From a candidate division WOR-3 bacterium (lineage in GTDB: Bacteria > Hydrothermota > Tepidihabitantia > SM23-42 > JAOAFX01): a DNA stretch of 41,355 bases. The stretch spans positions 1 through 41,355 of the forward strand of contig JBDRWI010000012.1 of NCBI GenBank assembly GCA_039802265.1, read 5' to 3'. A program made the translations under genes and the position numbers. This document shows positions 27,041 through 36,135 of the stretch, piece by piece; position 1 is the stretch's first letter, and every line of letters starts with the position of its first letter. The notes under the pieces are model-generated. The model saw nothing but the letters and a program-made list of their open reading frames with translations, ran no database searches and had not been told where the DNA came from.

Positions 27041-27373
27041 TTATGGGTTTAAATTAAAAATCATCTTACCGACCCAAGACTTGAGAAAATGGGCACCCCG
27101 GATATATTCCATCTGAAAGGAATGCCTGTGATGTGTGTAAATATTACGGAGTAAATTATACACAATGGAAGCTAAAAGGATAATAGTTAAAGCAAATGCC
27201 GTGCTTTATTGCCGGGGTCTCAAAGAAACAAGAAATAAATCCTTAATGACCTAAAAATTCTACATTTGCACAGTAAATAAATTAACACGCACATTAACCA
27301 TTAGAATTTGGATAAAAAATTTTCAAATTCCTATTACTGAAGATAAGTTAGAAAATCTGCCCCTAAGAATCGC

Positions 27374-29452
27374 TTAACCGATCCTCAGTAATTCCTCTCT
27401 TTGTGCAAATCTCATGAGATGACGCCGGATTGGATAGTGTTCGGGTAATTTCATATCCGGGTCTTTACTTACAATCATAAAGGCGTCGTCGCGGGCAAGG
27501 AAGAGCAGGTCCTGGTCTTGTTCCAAATCCCCGATTTTTATGTCGGGCAATCCGTGCTGCCTCTTGCCCAAAATCTCGCCCGGACCCCGCAACTTCATAT
27601 CCTCCTTTGCCAAGGCAAACCCATCGTTATTCTTTTCAAAGAAGGCAATACGCTGGTATGTCTCCTGGGCAACAAACCGGTCCAGTAATAGGAAGCAGTA
27701 TGATCTCTCTGAACCCCGACCAATCCTCCCCCTTAACTGATGCAATTGGGCGAGCCCGAATCTTTCGGGGTGGAGTATCAACATTATCGTGGCATTCGGG
27801 ATATCAACCCCCACTTCTATTACCGTTGTCGCCACCAGTATATTGATTTTTCCGCTGCGAAAATCGGCCATAATCTGCATCCGCTCCTGAGTCCCCAGCC
27901 GGCCATGAATCAAAGCGACATTAAATCCACAAAAGGCATTGGTAATCTCCTGATAAATCTCGGTGGCTGATTTTAGTTCTAATTTCTCGGATTTTTCAAT
28001 TATGGGACAGACAACAAATGCCTGTCTTCCCTTTTGCAATTCACCGGTGATAAATTGATATATACTCTGTTTCTCTCTTTCTGATATTACCCGGGTAATG
28101 ACCTCACCCCGGGCTTGTGGCTTATCCGTCAGGGTAGAGATATCAAGGTCACCATAAAGGGTTAAGGCAAGGGTCCTGGGTATTGGAGTTGCCGACAATA
28201 CCAGAAAATGGGGATTTATCCCCTTATTTATAAGTGCCGCTCTCTGCATTACACCAAATCTATGCTGTTCGTCCACGATTGCCAGCGCCAGTCTGTTGAA
28301 GGTGATTTCCTCCTCAATAAGGGCATGAGTGCCAAAGACTATCTTTACCCTGCCGTTTTGAATCCCTGCCACAACTTCCTTTCGCTCCGAACCCTTGATA
28401 CTGCTTGTCAGTAATGCCACATCAACACCAAGTTCTTTAAGCAGTGTATAATGATTAAGGTAATGCTGTTCCGCAAGGATTTCAGTGGGTGCCATCATCG
28501 CTGCCTGGCAGTCATTCTCTACGGCAATGAGCATTGCATAAAGGGCAATTACGGTCTTTCCCGAACCAACATCACCCTGGAGCAGGCGATTCATGGGCTT
28601 TGACTTCTGCATATCCAGAGTAATTTCATCTATCGTCTTTTTCTGCCCCGATGTCAGCGAAAAAGGCAGGATTTCAATAAATCTTTTGGTAAGTTTACTT
28701 GTCTCCTTCAGGGGTATGCCGGACGCAACCTGAACTTTTGCCCTACGCCTGGCAAGTGCGAGTTCAAAGAAGAAGAATTCGTCATAGACCAGGCGATTCC
28801 TTGCCCTTGTTGCCTCATCAATCCTTTCAGGGAGATGGAGAAAACGGACCGCCTCCTTCAAGGGCAAGAGATTATTTTTATCCAGCAAATATTGAGGGAT
28901 GGTTTCTTCGATCTCTGCCTGACATTCTCCAATTGCCCAACTCACTGCCCTTCTTATATCCCATATACTCAGGCCCTCGGTCAGGGGGTATATCGGGATT
29001 ATTGAACCACTCGTCCGCTCCATGACTGCCTCTTGGCCAATTATCTCATAAATTGGATTTACCATCTGTTTTTGATAAAAAAAACTTACCCTACCTGAGA
29101 CCATGAGCCAGTCATTTAGCTTGAATTTGTTCTTCAGATCAGGACGATTGAACCACTTCAGGACTATTGAACCGGTCCCATCCGTTATAAGCAGATGCAA
29201 TATCTCACCCCTTTGCCGTGATTGTTTTAACTGGATCAACTGAACCCGACCAATGACAGTAGCCTCGTCATCAATCTTCAATTCACCAATTTTATAAATC
29301 TTGGAATAGTCAAAATATCTCCGGGGAACCAAAAAGAGTAAATCTCTTACCGTTTCCACACCGAGCCTTTTGAAGTATGTTGCCCTCTTTGGTCCGATAC
29401 CCTTTATGTACTGGACCGGGCTATCAAGCCTTAAGAATGTCTTTTTCTCCAC
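27374..29452 (-). CDS. recG: ATP-dependent DNA helicase RecG
   Basis: Wedge domain, LQGDVGSGKT, APTEILAEQH, DEQHRFG, SATPIPRTL, QLRGRIGRG, RGPGE. Confidence 0.97.
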   Translation of the reverse strand: MEKKTFLRLDSPVQYIKGIGPKRATYFKRLGVETVRDLLFLVPRRYFDYSKIYKIGELKIDDEATVIGRVQLIQLKQSRQRGEILHLLITDGTGSIVLKWFNRPDLKNKFKLNDWLMVSGRVSFFYQKQMVNPIYEIIGQEAVMERTSGSIIPIYPLTEGLSIWDIRRAVSWAIGECQAEIEETIPQYLLDKNNLLPLKEAVRFLHLPERIDEATRARNRLVYDEFFFFELALARRRAKVQVASGIPLKETSKLTKRFIEILPFSLTSGQKKTIDEITLDMQKSKPMNRLLQGDVGSGKTVIALYAMLIAVENDCQAAMMAPTEILAEQHYLNHYTLLKELGVDVALLTSSIKGSERKEVVAGIQNGRVKIVFGTHALIEEEITFNRLALAIVDEQHRFGVMQRAALINKGINPHFLVLSATPIPRTLALTLYGDLDISTLTDKPQARGEVITRVISEREKQSIYQFITGELQKGRQAFVVCPIIEKSEKLELKSATEIYQEITNAFCGFNVALIHGRLGTQERMQIMADFRSGKINILVATTVIEVGVDIPNATIMLILHPERFGLAQLHQLRGRIGRGSERSYCFLLLDRFVAQETYQRIAFFEKNNDGFALAKEDMKLRGPGEILGKRQHGLPDIKIGDLEQDQDLLFLARDDAFMIVSKDPDMKLPEHYPIRRHLMRFAQREELLRIG

Positions 29453-29455
29453 AAA

Positions 29456-30520
29456 TTATCTTAATTGCTCAATCTCTTTGTGGAATGTATCAGGGTTCAA
29501 TGCCTTCTGCTCTGCCTCTTCTTTACGCACCAACTTCTTTCTTACCATCTCGGCAAGGCAGGCATCAAATGAAATCATACCCTGTTGTTGAGAAGTCTGG
29601 AGGATGCTGAGTAATTGATGGGTCTTTGCCTCCCGAATCAAATTTCGCACACTGCTGGTGGCAATGAGTATTTCATAGGCAGCAATCCTGCCACTTCCAT
29701 CAGCCCTCTTCAATAAATTTTGTGCTATGATACACAATAGATTAAGTGACAATTGCATTCTTATCTGATTCTGCTGATGGGGTGGGAAGACATCAATTAT
29801 CCGGTCAATGGTAGAAATGGAATCTGAGGTATGGAGGGTGGTGATGACCAGATGGCCGGTCTCGGCGGCAGTAATTGCCAGCGAGATTGTTTCGAGGTCG
29901 CGCATCTCGCCGACCAGAATAACATCCGGGTCCTGCCGCAGGACAAATTTTAAAGCATTGGCAAAGGAATGGGTATCGCGTCCAACCTCACGCTGGGTAA
30001 CCAGTGCCTTTTTATTCCTGTGGATAAACTCAATCGGGTCCTCAACCGTAACAATATGGCAGGAATCGTTACTATTACGATGGTCAATCAGTGCCGCCTG
30101 GGTCGTTGATTTTCCGCAACCACTCGGTCCGGTAACGACAATCAAACCCCTGGGCCTCATTGCCATATCTTTTAAAACGGCTGGAAAGCCAAGTTCATCA
30201 ATGGTAGGAATCCTTTCCGGAATCAGTCTGAAGACGGCACCAATACTACCGCGCTGCTTGAACAGGTTGACGCGAAAACGAGCCAGGGAAGGAAGTTCAT
30301 AGGATATATCAAGTTCATTATTCCTCTTGAATTCCTCAATCTGTTCCTTCTTTAATATCTCAACGACACCAGATTCAACATCAATTTCAGTAACAGGGGG
30401 AAGATCAAGGTTGGTAAGGTCGCCATTAATCCTCAAGATCGGGGGGGAGCCTACCTTTAATATCAAATCTGATGCCTGGCACTGAATCTGGGCACGGAGT
30501 AGTTCAATAAGCCTTATCAT
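29456..30520 (-). CDS. pilT: Type IV pilus retraction ATPase, PilT/PilU family (second copy)
   Basis: GPSGCGKSTT, EDPIEF, LRQDPDVILVGEMRD, AETGHL, TLHT, SVRNLIRE. Start probably ATG 30520 (SD GGAGG) rather than 30532. Confidence 0.88.
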   Translation of the reverse strand: MIRLIELLRAQIQCQASDLILKVGSPPILRINGDLTNLDLPPVTEIDVESGVVEILKKEQIEEFKRNNELDISYELPSLARFRVNLFKQRGSIGAVFRLIPERIPTIDELGFPAVLKDMAMRPRGLIVVTGPSGCGKSTTQAALIDHRNSNDSCHIVTVEDPIEFIHRNKKALVTQREVGRDTHSFANALKFVLRQDPDVILVGEMRDLETISLAITAAETGHLVITTLHTSDSISTIDRIIDVFPPHQQNQIRMQLSLNLLCIIAQNLLKRADGSGRIAAYEILIATSSVRNLIREAKTHQLLSILQTSQQQGMISFDACLAEMVRKKLVRKEEAEQKALNPDTFHKEIEQLR

Positions 30521-31581
30521 CCATTCCTCCACCTTTCAAATTCATCGGGATTTGCCGAATGGGCAATTGCCTCTTCAAAATCAATTATTCCCTGATTTAA
30601 GAGATTTTTAAGATATTGGTCCATCTGGATCATTCCTAATTTGGCACCGGTTTGGATTGCAGTATAAATCTGATGGGTCTTTGCCTCCCGGATTGCACTC
30701 CTTATCGCCGGGGTGCATACCATAATCTCAAATGCGGCGACCCTTCCTTCTCCATCTTTTCTTCTAACCAGTGTTTCGGTAATCACTGCCTGCAGGGTAG
30801 TTGAAAGCTGGAGACGAATCTGCTGCTGCTGTGCTGGTGGAAAGATATCAATTATTCTATCAATTGTCTGGACTGCATCAATAGTATGGAGTGTTGAGAA
30901 GACCAGATGTCCGGTCTCGGCCGCGGTAATTGTCTGGGCTGTGGTCTCGAGGTCGCGCATCTCACCAACCAGTATTATATCTGGATTCTGCCTTATTGCC
31001 CGGCGCAATGCCTCGGCATAGGATTGTGTATCAATACCAATCTCCCTCTGTTCAATTATTGATTTTCGGTCACGGTGGAGAAACTCAATCGGATCTTCAA
31101 TGGTTATGATATGTTTTTTGAAGTTTTGATTTATATACTCAATCATTGCCGCCAGGGTCGTAGACTTTCCACTACCAGTTGGACCAGTAACGAGCACAAG
31201 TCCCCTGGGCAATTCCGAAATGCGTTTGAATACTGGAGGAAAACCCCATTCATCTATCGTCTTGATCTTCAATGGAATAATCCTCATTACCGCACCGATG
31301 TGCCCCATCTGTTTGAAACAGTTTACCCGAAACCGTGCTACCCCGGGTATTTCATAAGCCATATCAAATTCTAAATTCTCCTCAAATAACTTCCTTTGGA
31401 TTGGCTTCATCAATCCCAATATTAACTTTTCAAGGTCTTCGTCAGTCAGGGGTGGATATTCAGACCGCTCAAGATTTCCGGCAATGCGGTAAATTGGTGG
31501 TTCGCCATACCTCAGGTGCAAATCCGAACCTTCCTTAAGTACCAGTTCCTCTAAAAGGACATCCAGTTCTATATCAGCCAT
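30517..31581 (-). CDS. pilT: Type IV pilus retraction ATPase PilT
   Basis: GSDLHL, RFRVN, GPTGSGKSTT, EDPIEF, GEMRD, TLHT, AIRSAIRE. Confidence 0.92.
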   Translation of the reverse strand: MADIELDVLLEELVLKEGSDLHLRYGEPPIYRIAGNLERSEYPPLTDEDLEKLILGLMKPIQRKLFEENLEFDMAYEIPGVARFRVNCFKQMGHIGAVMRIIPLKIKTIDEWGFPPVFKRISELPRGLVLVTGPTGSGKSTTLAAMIEYINQNFKKHIITIEDPIEFLHRDRKSIIEQREIGIDTQSYAEALRRAIRQNPDIILVGEMRDLETTAQTITAAETGHLVFSTLHTIDAVQTIDRIIDIFPPAQQQQIRLQLSTTLQAVITETLVRRKDGEGRVAAFEIMVCTPAIRSAIREAKTHQIYTAIQTGAKLGMIQMDQYLKNLLNQGIIDFEEAIAHSANPDEFERWRNG

Positions 31582-31605
31582 ATACCCAATTTAAATCGCC
31601 ATCAT

Positions 31606-32340
31606 TTATTCTTTCTTAAAGTACAGTCTTAGACCCACTGAGGTATCGGTTATATACTCTATTTCCTTTGAAGATGTGAGTTTAATAGCATAGACTTCAT
31701 TGTTTGGAAATACATTATCTGCTAAAAAAAGCGTAATTACTGTATCAGTAATTGTAGTATCAAAAGAACAGCTGGTCAGATTCAACAATAAACTCTCAAC
31801 CGGCATCACAAAGAGACTTTCAATATTACTGGCTTGGGTTCGGAATATTTCAATCTTGTAATCACTGAAGCCGGACAATCGGGCGAAAACAATGGGCAGG
31901 GTGTCATTACCGATTGTATCGGTCCGGGGTTCGTAAAACCGCTGTGCCTGAGGTATATCAACAGCAGTAACCTTGAAGGTATCGGTCTTCATACCGTAAA
32001 GGGAAATGAGACGATAATAGACCTTCATATTCGGTTTGAGTAGTGTATCGGCATCATTGAATGTCATTACCGAGTCAACGGGTAAAGTATCAAGTGTTTG
32101 ATAGTGCGTGGAATCACTAATACTTCGCTCCACAATTACCCAATCAATGTTTGGCTTCTGTCCGGGATAATGAATCCAACCCCAGGTGAGATTGACAATC
32201 GCCCCTTCTCTCTGCCCCAGAACCTGACTCTGTAACCTCACTGCCTCAGCAGTATGTTTTATCCAGCATTCAAGATTTATCTCAACACCGGTCTCACAGC
32301 CAAAAAGGAATAGCAATGCCAAGACCAAGGTTTTTTTCAT
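31606..32340 (-). CDS. Lipoprotein of unknown function with Ig/FN3-like beta domains
   Basis: Lipobox LFGC, SD GAGGAGG; LTW...VERS...FND...VYYRL pattern typical of FN3-like folds. Confidence 0.7.
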   Translation of the reverse strand: MKKTLVLALLFLFGCETGVEINLECWIKHTAEAVRLQSQVLGQREGAIVNLTWGWIHYPGQKPNIDWVIVERSISDSTHYQTLDTLPVDSVMTFNDADTLLKPNMKVYYRLISLYGMKTDTFKVTAVDIPQAQRFYEPRTDTIGNDTLPIVFARLSGFSDYKIEIFRTQASNIESLFVMPVESLLLNLTSCSFDTTITDTVITLFLADNVFPNNEVYAIKLTSSKEIEYITDTSVGLRLYFKKE

Positions 32341-32377
32341 ACTACCTCCTCATTCAAATTTCCTGTTTTCATTATAG

Positions 32378-32405
32378 ATAATACCCATTTTTCTTTCCTT
32401 GTCAA
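32378..32405 (-). promoter_or_regulatory. sigma70 promoter TTGACA-N16-TATTAT
   Basis: TGTCAA 32400-32405, ATAATA 32378-32383. Confidence 0.7.
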
Positions 32406-32415
32406 TAGGAACTGA

Positions 32416-32443
32416 TTGACATTTAGAGTATTCTGAGTATAAT
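32416..32443 (+). promoter_or_regulatory. sigma70 promoter TTGACA-N16-TATAAT
   Basis: TTGACA 32416-32421, TATAAT 32438-32443; ATG 10 nt later with no SD. Confidence 0.8.
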
Positions 32444-32453
32444 TTATATTATT

Positions 32454-33665
32454 ATGAAGAGAGCAAGTCCGGTCATTTCCCGAAGGGCAAAGAGAATGCC
32501 CTATTCACCAATAAGAAAACTTGCTGGTTTTGCTGATGCGGCCAAAAAGAAGGGAATCAAGGTTTATCATCTGAATATTGGGCAGCCGGATATTGAAACA
32601 CCAAAAGAAATATTTGAGGCAATTGCCAGTTACCGGGAGCGGGTTTTAGGTTATGGACCTTCTGGAGGACTCTTGGATTTACGCCTGGCCGTGGTTGATT
32701 ATCACCGCAAATTAGGATTTGACATCGACCTGGATAATGTCTGGATAACAATTGGTGGCAGTGAGGCAATATTCTTTGCCATAACGACTGTTTGCGAAGT
32801 CGGTGACGAGATACTCGTCTTTGAGCCGTTTTATACCAATTATAATGGTATTTCAGTAATGGCCGGTGTAAAACTCGTTCCGGTGATGACAGAAATAAAA
32901 AATGGCTTCCATTTACCTCCGCCAAGTAAGATAGAAAGAAAGATTAGCCGACGCACCAAGGCAATCCTAATAAATACCCCAAACAATCCTACAGGGACAG
33001 TTCTGACTGAGGAAGAAATGTTCGTCCTTCAAAGAATCTGTAAGAAATATGGATTGTTTTTGCTCTCGGATGAGGTATATCGCGAATTTGTCTATGACGG
33101 AAAGACCCAGGTGAGTGCCCTTTCCTTACCGGAGATTTCCGAACGCATCATCCTCATCGATTCAATTTCAAAGCGCTTTTCGGCGTGCGGAGCCCGCGTG
33201 GGGTGCATAGTAAGTAGAAATAAAGAGGTTATGGATGCAATCTTACGCCTCTGTCAGGCACGGTTATGTCCACCTACCTTGGAGCAGGTCGGTGCCATTG
33301 CCGCCTATTGCAACATTGATAAATATATCAAACCGATGATTGCCGAGTATGAACACCGGCGCAATGTCCTGTTTGAATGTCTGAAAGAAATTCCCGATGT
33401 CTACGGGCACATACCAGAAGGTGCATTTTATACTGTATTACGCCTCCCGGTAGAGGATGCGGACCACTTCTGCCAGTGGCTCTTAACCGATTTTCAGTAT
33501 GAGGAATCTACAGTAATGCTTGCCCCGGCAAATGGCTTTTATTCATCATTGAATAAGGGGAGAAATGAAGTAAGAATTGCCTATGTCCTTAAGGAAGATG
33601 ATTTAAAAAAGGCAATTAAATGCCTTGGGTACGGTTTGGAAAGGTATAAAAAATCTAAGCACTAA
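32454..33665 (+). CDS. PLP-dependent aminotransferase class I/II (aspartate aminotransferase-like)
   Basis: LNIGQPD, NTPNNPTG, SDEVY, DSISKRFSACGARVG (PLP lysine), EVRIAY. Confidence 0.92.
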   Translation: MKRASPVISRRAKRMPYSPIRKLAGFADAAKKKGIKVYHLNIGQPDIETPKEIFEAIASYRERVLGYGPSGGLLDLRLAVVDYHRKLGFDIDLDNVWITIGGSEAIFFAITTVCEVGDEILVFEPFYTNYNGISVMAGVKLVPVMTEIKNGFHLPPPSKIERKISRRTKAILINTPNNPTGTVLTEEEMFVLQRICKKYGLFLLSDEVYREFVYDGKTQVSALSLPEISERIILIDSISKRFSACGARVGCIVSRNKEVMDAILRLCQARLCPPTLEQVGAIAAYCNIDKYIKPMIAEYEHRRNVLFECLKEIPDVYGHIPEGAFYTVLRLPVEDADHFCQWLLTDFQYEESTVMLAPANGFYSSLNKGRNEVRIAYVLKEDDLKKAIKCLGYGLERYKKSKH

Positions 33666-33673
33666 ATTTCTAT

Positions 33674-34522
33674 GTGGTGAATCTCACGATTCAACTGTTA
33701 AGACTGGCAACCCTGCTTTTAAAAGTCTTGCCATTAAAATTGAGTGATAAGATTGCCGGGCGCATTGGAATAATCTGCCATTTTCTTTTAAAGAAAAGGC
33801 GGGAATATATTTTAAAAAATCTTTATCATATCTTTCCGGAATATAGACAAAAATCAATGCTCGACGAACTTGCCAAAAGGACATTTAAGAACTTTGCCCT
33901 CTGCATGGTTGATTTTTTGAAACTGGGATTTATTGAGAAAGAAAGAATAATTGAAGGAGTAAAACCGGTAAACCTTGAAAATCTTGCTAAGGCATTATCA
34001 TACCGAAGAGGAGGAATTCTCTTGACCCTCCATATCGGCAACTGGGATTATGCCGGCGCATACCTTGCGGCAATAGGATTCCCCATGCTTGCCCTGGTTG
34101 AGGAGACCGAGCCTGAGATGTTTAAATTGTACACAAAAAACCGCGAGCGAACCGGTCTCAGGACATATCCGGTATCAAAATCTGCTTTCGCCTTTATTGA
34201 TGCAATGAAAAATAATCGGATCCTGGCAGTTCTTGCCGACCGCGATATTACAAAGAGTGGTCCGGTAGTAAATTTCTTCAAGGGAAAGAGAAGAATTCCT
34301 TATAATCTTGCTGAGATTGTAGTCAAGAAAAACTTGCCGGTTGTCTTCGGCTATATGGTTTTAAATCCCTCCAAAGATACGCGATACCTCGGTATTGTTG
34401 AACCTCCGGCATTTTTTAATGAAGTAGATGAATTCAATAGGTTTATGGTAAAGAAATTTGAAGAGACCATAAAAAGATATCCAGACCAGTGGTTTGTCTT
34501 TCAACCGGAATGGGTGGATTGA
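33674..34522 (+). CDS. Lipid acyltransferase of the LpxL/PatA family, PatA-like
   Basis: HIGNWDYAG (HX4D), LADRD, YPDQWFVFQPEW; near a PimA-like GT4. Confidence 0.8.
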   Translation: MVNLTIQLLRLATLLLKVLPLKLSDKIAGRIGIICHFLLKKRREYILKNLYHIFPEYRQKSMLDELAKRTFKNFALCMVDFLKLGFIEKERIIEGVKPVNLENLAKALSYRRGGILLTLHIGNWDYAGAYLAAIGFPMLALVEETEPEMFKLYTKNRERTGLRTYPVSKSAFAFIDAMKNNRILAVLADRDITKSGPVVNFFKGKRRIPYNLAEIVVKKNLPVVFGYMVLNPSKDTRYLGIVEPPAFFNEVDEFNRFMVKKFEETIKRYPDQWFVFQPEWVD

Positions 34523-34524
34523 AT

Positions 34525-34977
34525 ATGTCCAGGTTTTTGGAAAAAAAAGAGTTGCCGATAAAAATCAAGGGTAGATTTATACCCGAATACCAGACGAAAT
34601 ACTCTGCGGGTTGCGATTTACACGCGGAGATTGATAAACCTTTAATTCTCAAACCCGGCGATTTCTGTGCCGTCCCAACCGGCATTAGCATTGAAATTCC
34701 AGATGGCTATGAGGCACAGGTAAGACCGCGGAGTGGACTGGCGTTAAAATATGGAATTGGAATTTTAAATTCTCCCGGCACGATTGATTCTGATTATCGG
34801 GGTGAAATAAAGGTAATTATGTTCAATTTCGGGAAAAAAGCCTTTAAGATACAAACCGGCGAAAGGATTGCCCAGCTTGTCTTCAGTAAGGTCATCAGGG
34901 CAAGATTCAAAAAGGCAAAGACACTAAAAAAAACAAAAAGGGGAAATAAGGGTTTTGGACATACTGGAAGGTTTTAA
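34525..34977 (+). CDS. dut: Trimeric dUTPase
   Basis: SAGCDL, RPRSGLA, GTIDSDYRGE, GERIAQ, RGNKGFGHTG. Start probably ATG 34525 rather than 34489. Confidence 0.95.
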   Translation: MSRFLEKKELPIKIKGRFIPEYQTKYSAGCDLHAEIDKPLILKPGDFCAVPTGISIEIPDGYEAQVRPRSGLALKYGIGILNSPGTIDSDYRGEIKVIMFNFGKKAFKIQTGERIAQLVFSKVIRARFKKAKTLKKTKRGNKGFGHTGRF

Positions 34978-34979
34978 AA

Positions 34980-36101
34980 TTGAAGATTCTATTCGTCTCT
35001 GATATATTCTATCCCCATACCGGCGGTGTATCAGAGCATATCCATTATCTCTGGAAGAACCTCAATTCCCTCGGTTATGAGGCAAAAATCCTCGCCCCTT
35101 CGTACGGTAATAATTACCCCTATGTTGACCCACGAATCATTCGCATGGGGAGGGCAATAAAGATTCCAAAAAACCGCTCATTCAGCGTCTTGAGCTTTGG
35201 CATCACCCTGCCCTGGCAGGTGAGAAGATTTCTTTCCGTTGAGAAATTTGATATCGTCCATCTCCATGGGCAGATTGCTCCGGTATTACCTTATCTTGCG
35301 TTAAAATACTCAGATGCAAAGAACTTCATCACCTTCCACTCGGCCTATGAAGAAAGTTTTGGCTATGTCCTCTGGGAGCCAGTCCTGGAACAGTACTTCA
35401 GAAAGATTGATGGTCTGATTGCGGTTTCTTCCGTTGCCCGTGATTGTGTGGCAAAATATTTCCCCCTGGGTGACTGCCGGATTATCCCAAATGGTGTAGA
35501 TACGTATAGATTCCGTCCAGATGTCCCCCCGATTGAAGAATTGAAGAACTATTCTCCAAAGATCCTCTTTGTCGGACGGTTTGAGCCCAGAAAGGGGTTG
35601 AAGTATCTCTTGATGGCGTTCCCCGAGGTCGTAAAAAAATTTCCAGGGGCAAAACTCATCGTTGTCGGCGAAGGATTTTTGGAGCATTATTATCGACGGT
35701 ATATTGAGACCCATATTAAAGATGATGTCATATTCGTTGGCTTTGTGAAACCTGAGGAGTTACCCAGGTACTATACCTCCTGTGATATCTACTGTTCACC
35801 CGCCACAAGCGCCGAGAGTTTTGGTATTGTGCTTTTGGAGGCAATGGCATCGGCTAAGCCCATCGTTGCCTCAGATATCCCGGGCTATCGCACAATTCTT
35901 CAAGAAAACAAAGAAGGAGTTTTCTTTCAAGCCTGCAACCCAAAGGATCTGGCGGAAAAGATAATCTTTCTCCTTGAAAACCCTGCGTTGATGCGGGAGT
36001 TTGGCGAGAATGGCAGAAAAAAGGCGATGGCATATGACTGGAAACTGGTTACCGAAAAGATTCTTGACTTCTACCGAGAGGTGTTGAATAAGAAGAACTA
36101 A
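34980..36101 (+). CDS. GT4 glycosyltransferase, PimA-like (phosphatidylinositol alpha-mannosyltransferase family)
   Basis: GGVSEH, TFHS, IAVS, IPNGVD, GRFEPRKG, ESFGIVLLEAMA. Confidence 0.85.
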   Translation: MKILFVSDIFYPHTGGVSEHIHYLWKNLNSLGYEAKILAPSYGNNYPYVDPRIIRMGRAIKIPKNRSFSVLSFGITLPWQVRRFLSVEKFDIVHLHGQIAPVLPYLALKYSDAKNFITFHSAYEESFGYVLWEPVLEQYFRKIDGLIAVSSVARDCVAKYFPLGDCRIIPNGVDTYRFRPDVPPIEELKNYSPKILFVGRFEPRKGLKYLLMAFPEVVKKFPGAKLIVVGEGFLEHYYRRYIETHIKDDVIFVGFVKPEELPRYYTSCDIYCSPATSAESFGIVLLEAMASAKPIVASDIPGYRTILQENKEGVFFQACNPKDLAEKIIFLLENPALMREFGENGRKKAMAYDWKLVTEKILDFYREVLNKKN

Positions 36102-36135
36102 TTTCTTCTATATCCTCAAACTTCGTGATTTCTCA

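Noticed and set aside
27191..27206. sigma54-like site on the minus strand (AAGCACGGCATTTGCT)
   Set aside because: It lacks the invariant GG at -24, and sppA already has a sigma70 promoter.
33674..34522. Calling the acyltransferase lpxL/htrB
   Set aside because: It belongs to the same superfamily, but motifs and the PimA-like neighbour favour PatA-like, and no lpx/kdo genes are nearby. Symbol withheld.
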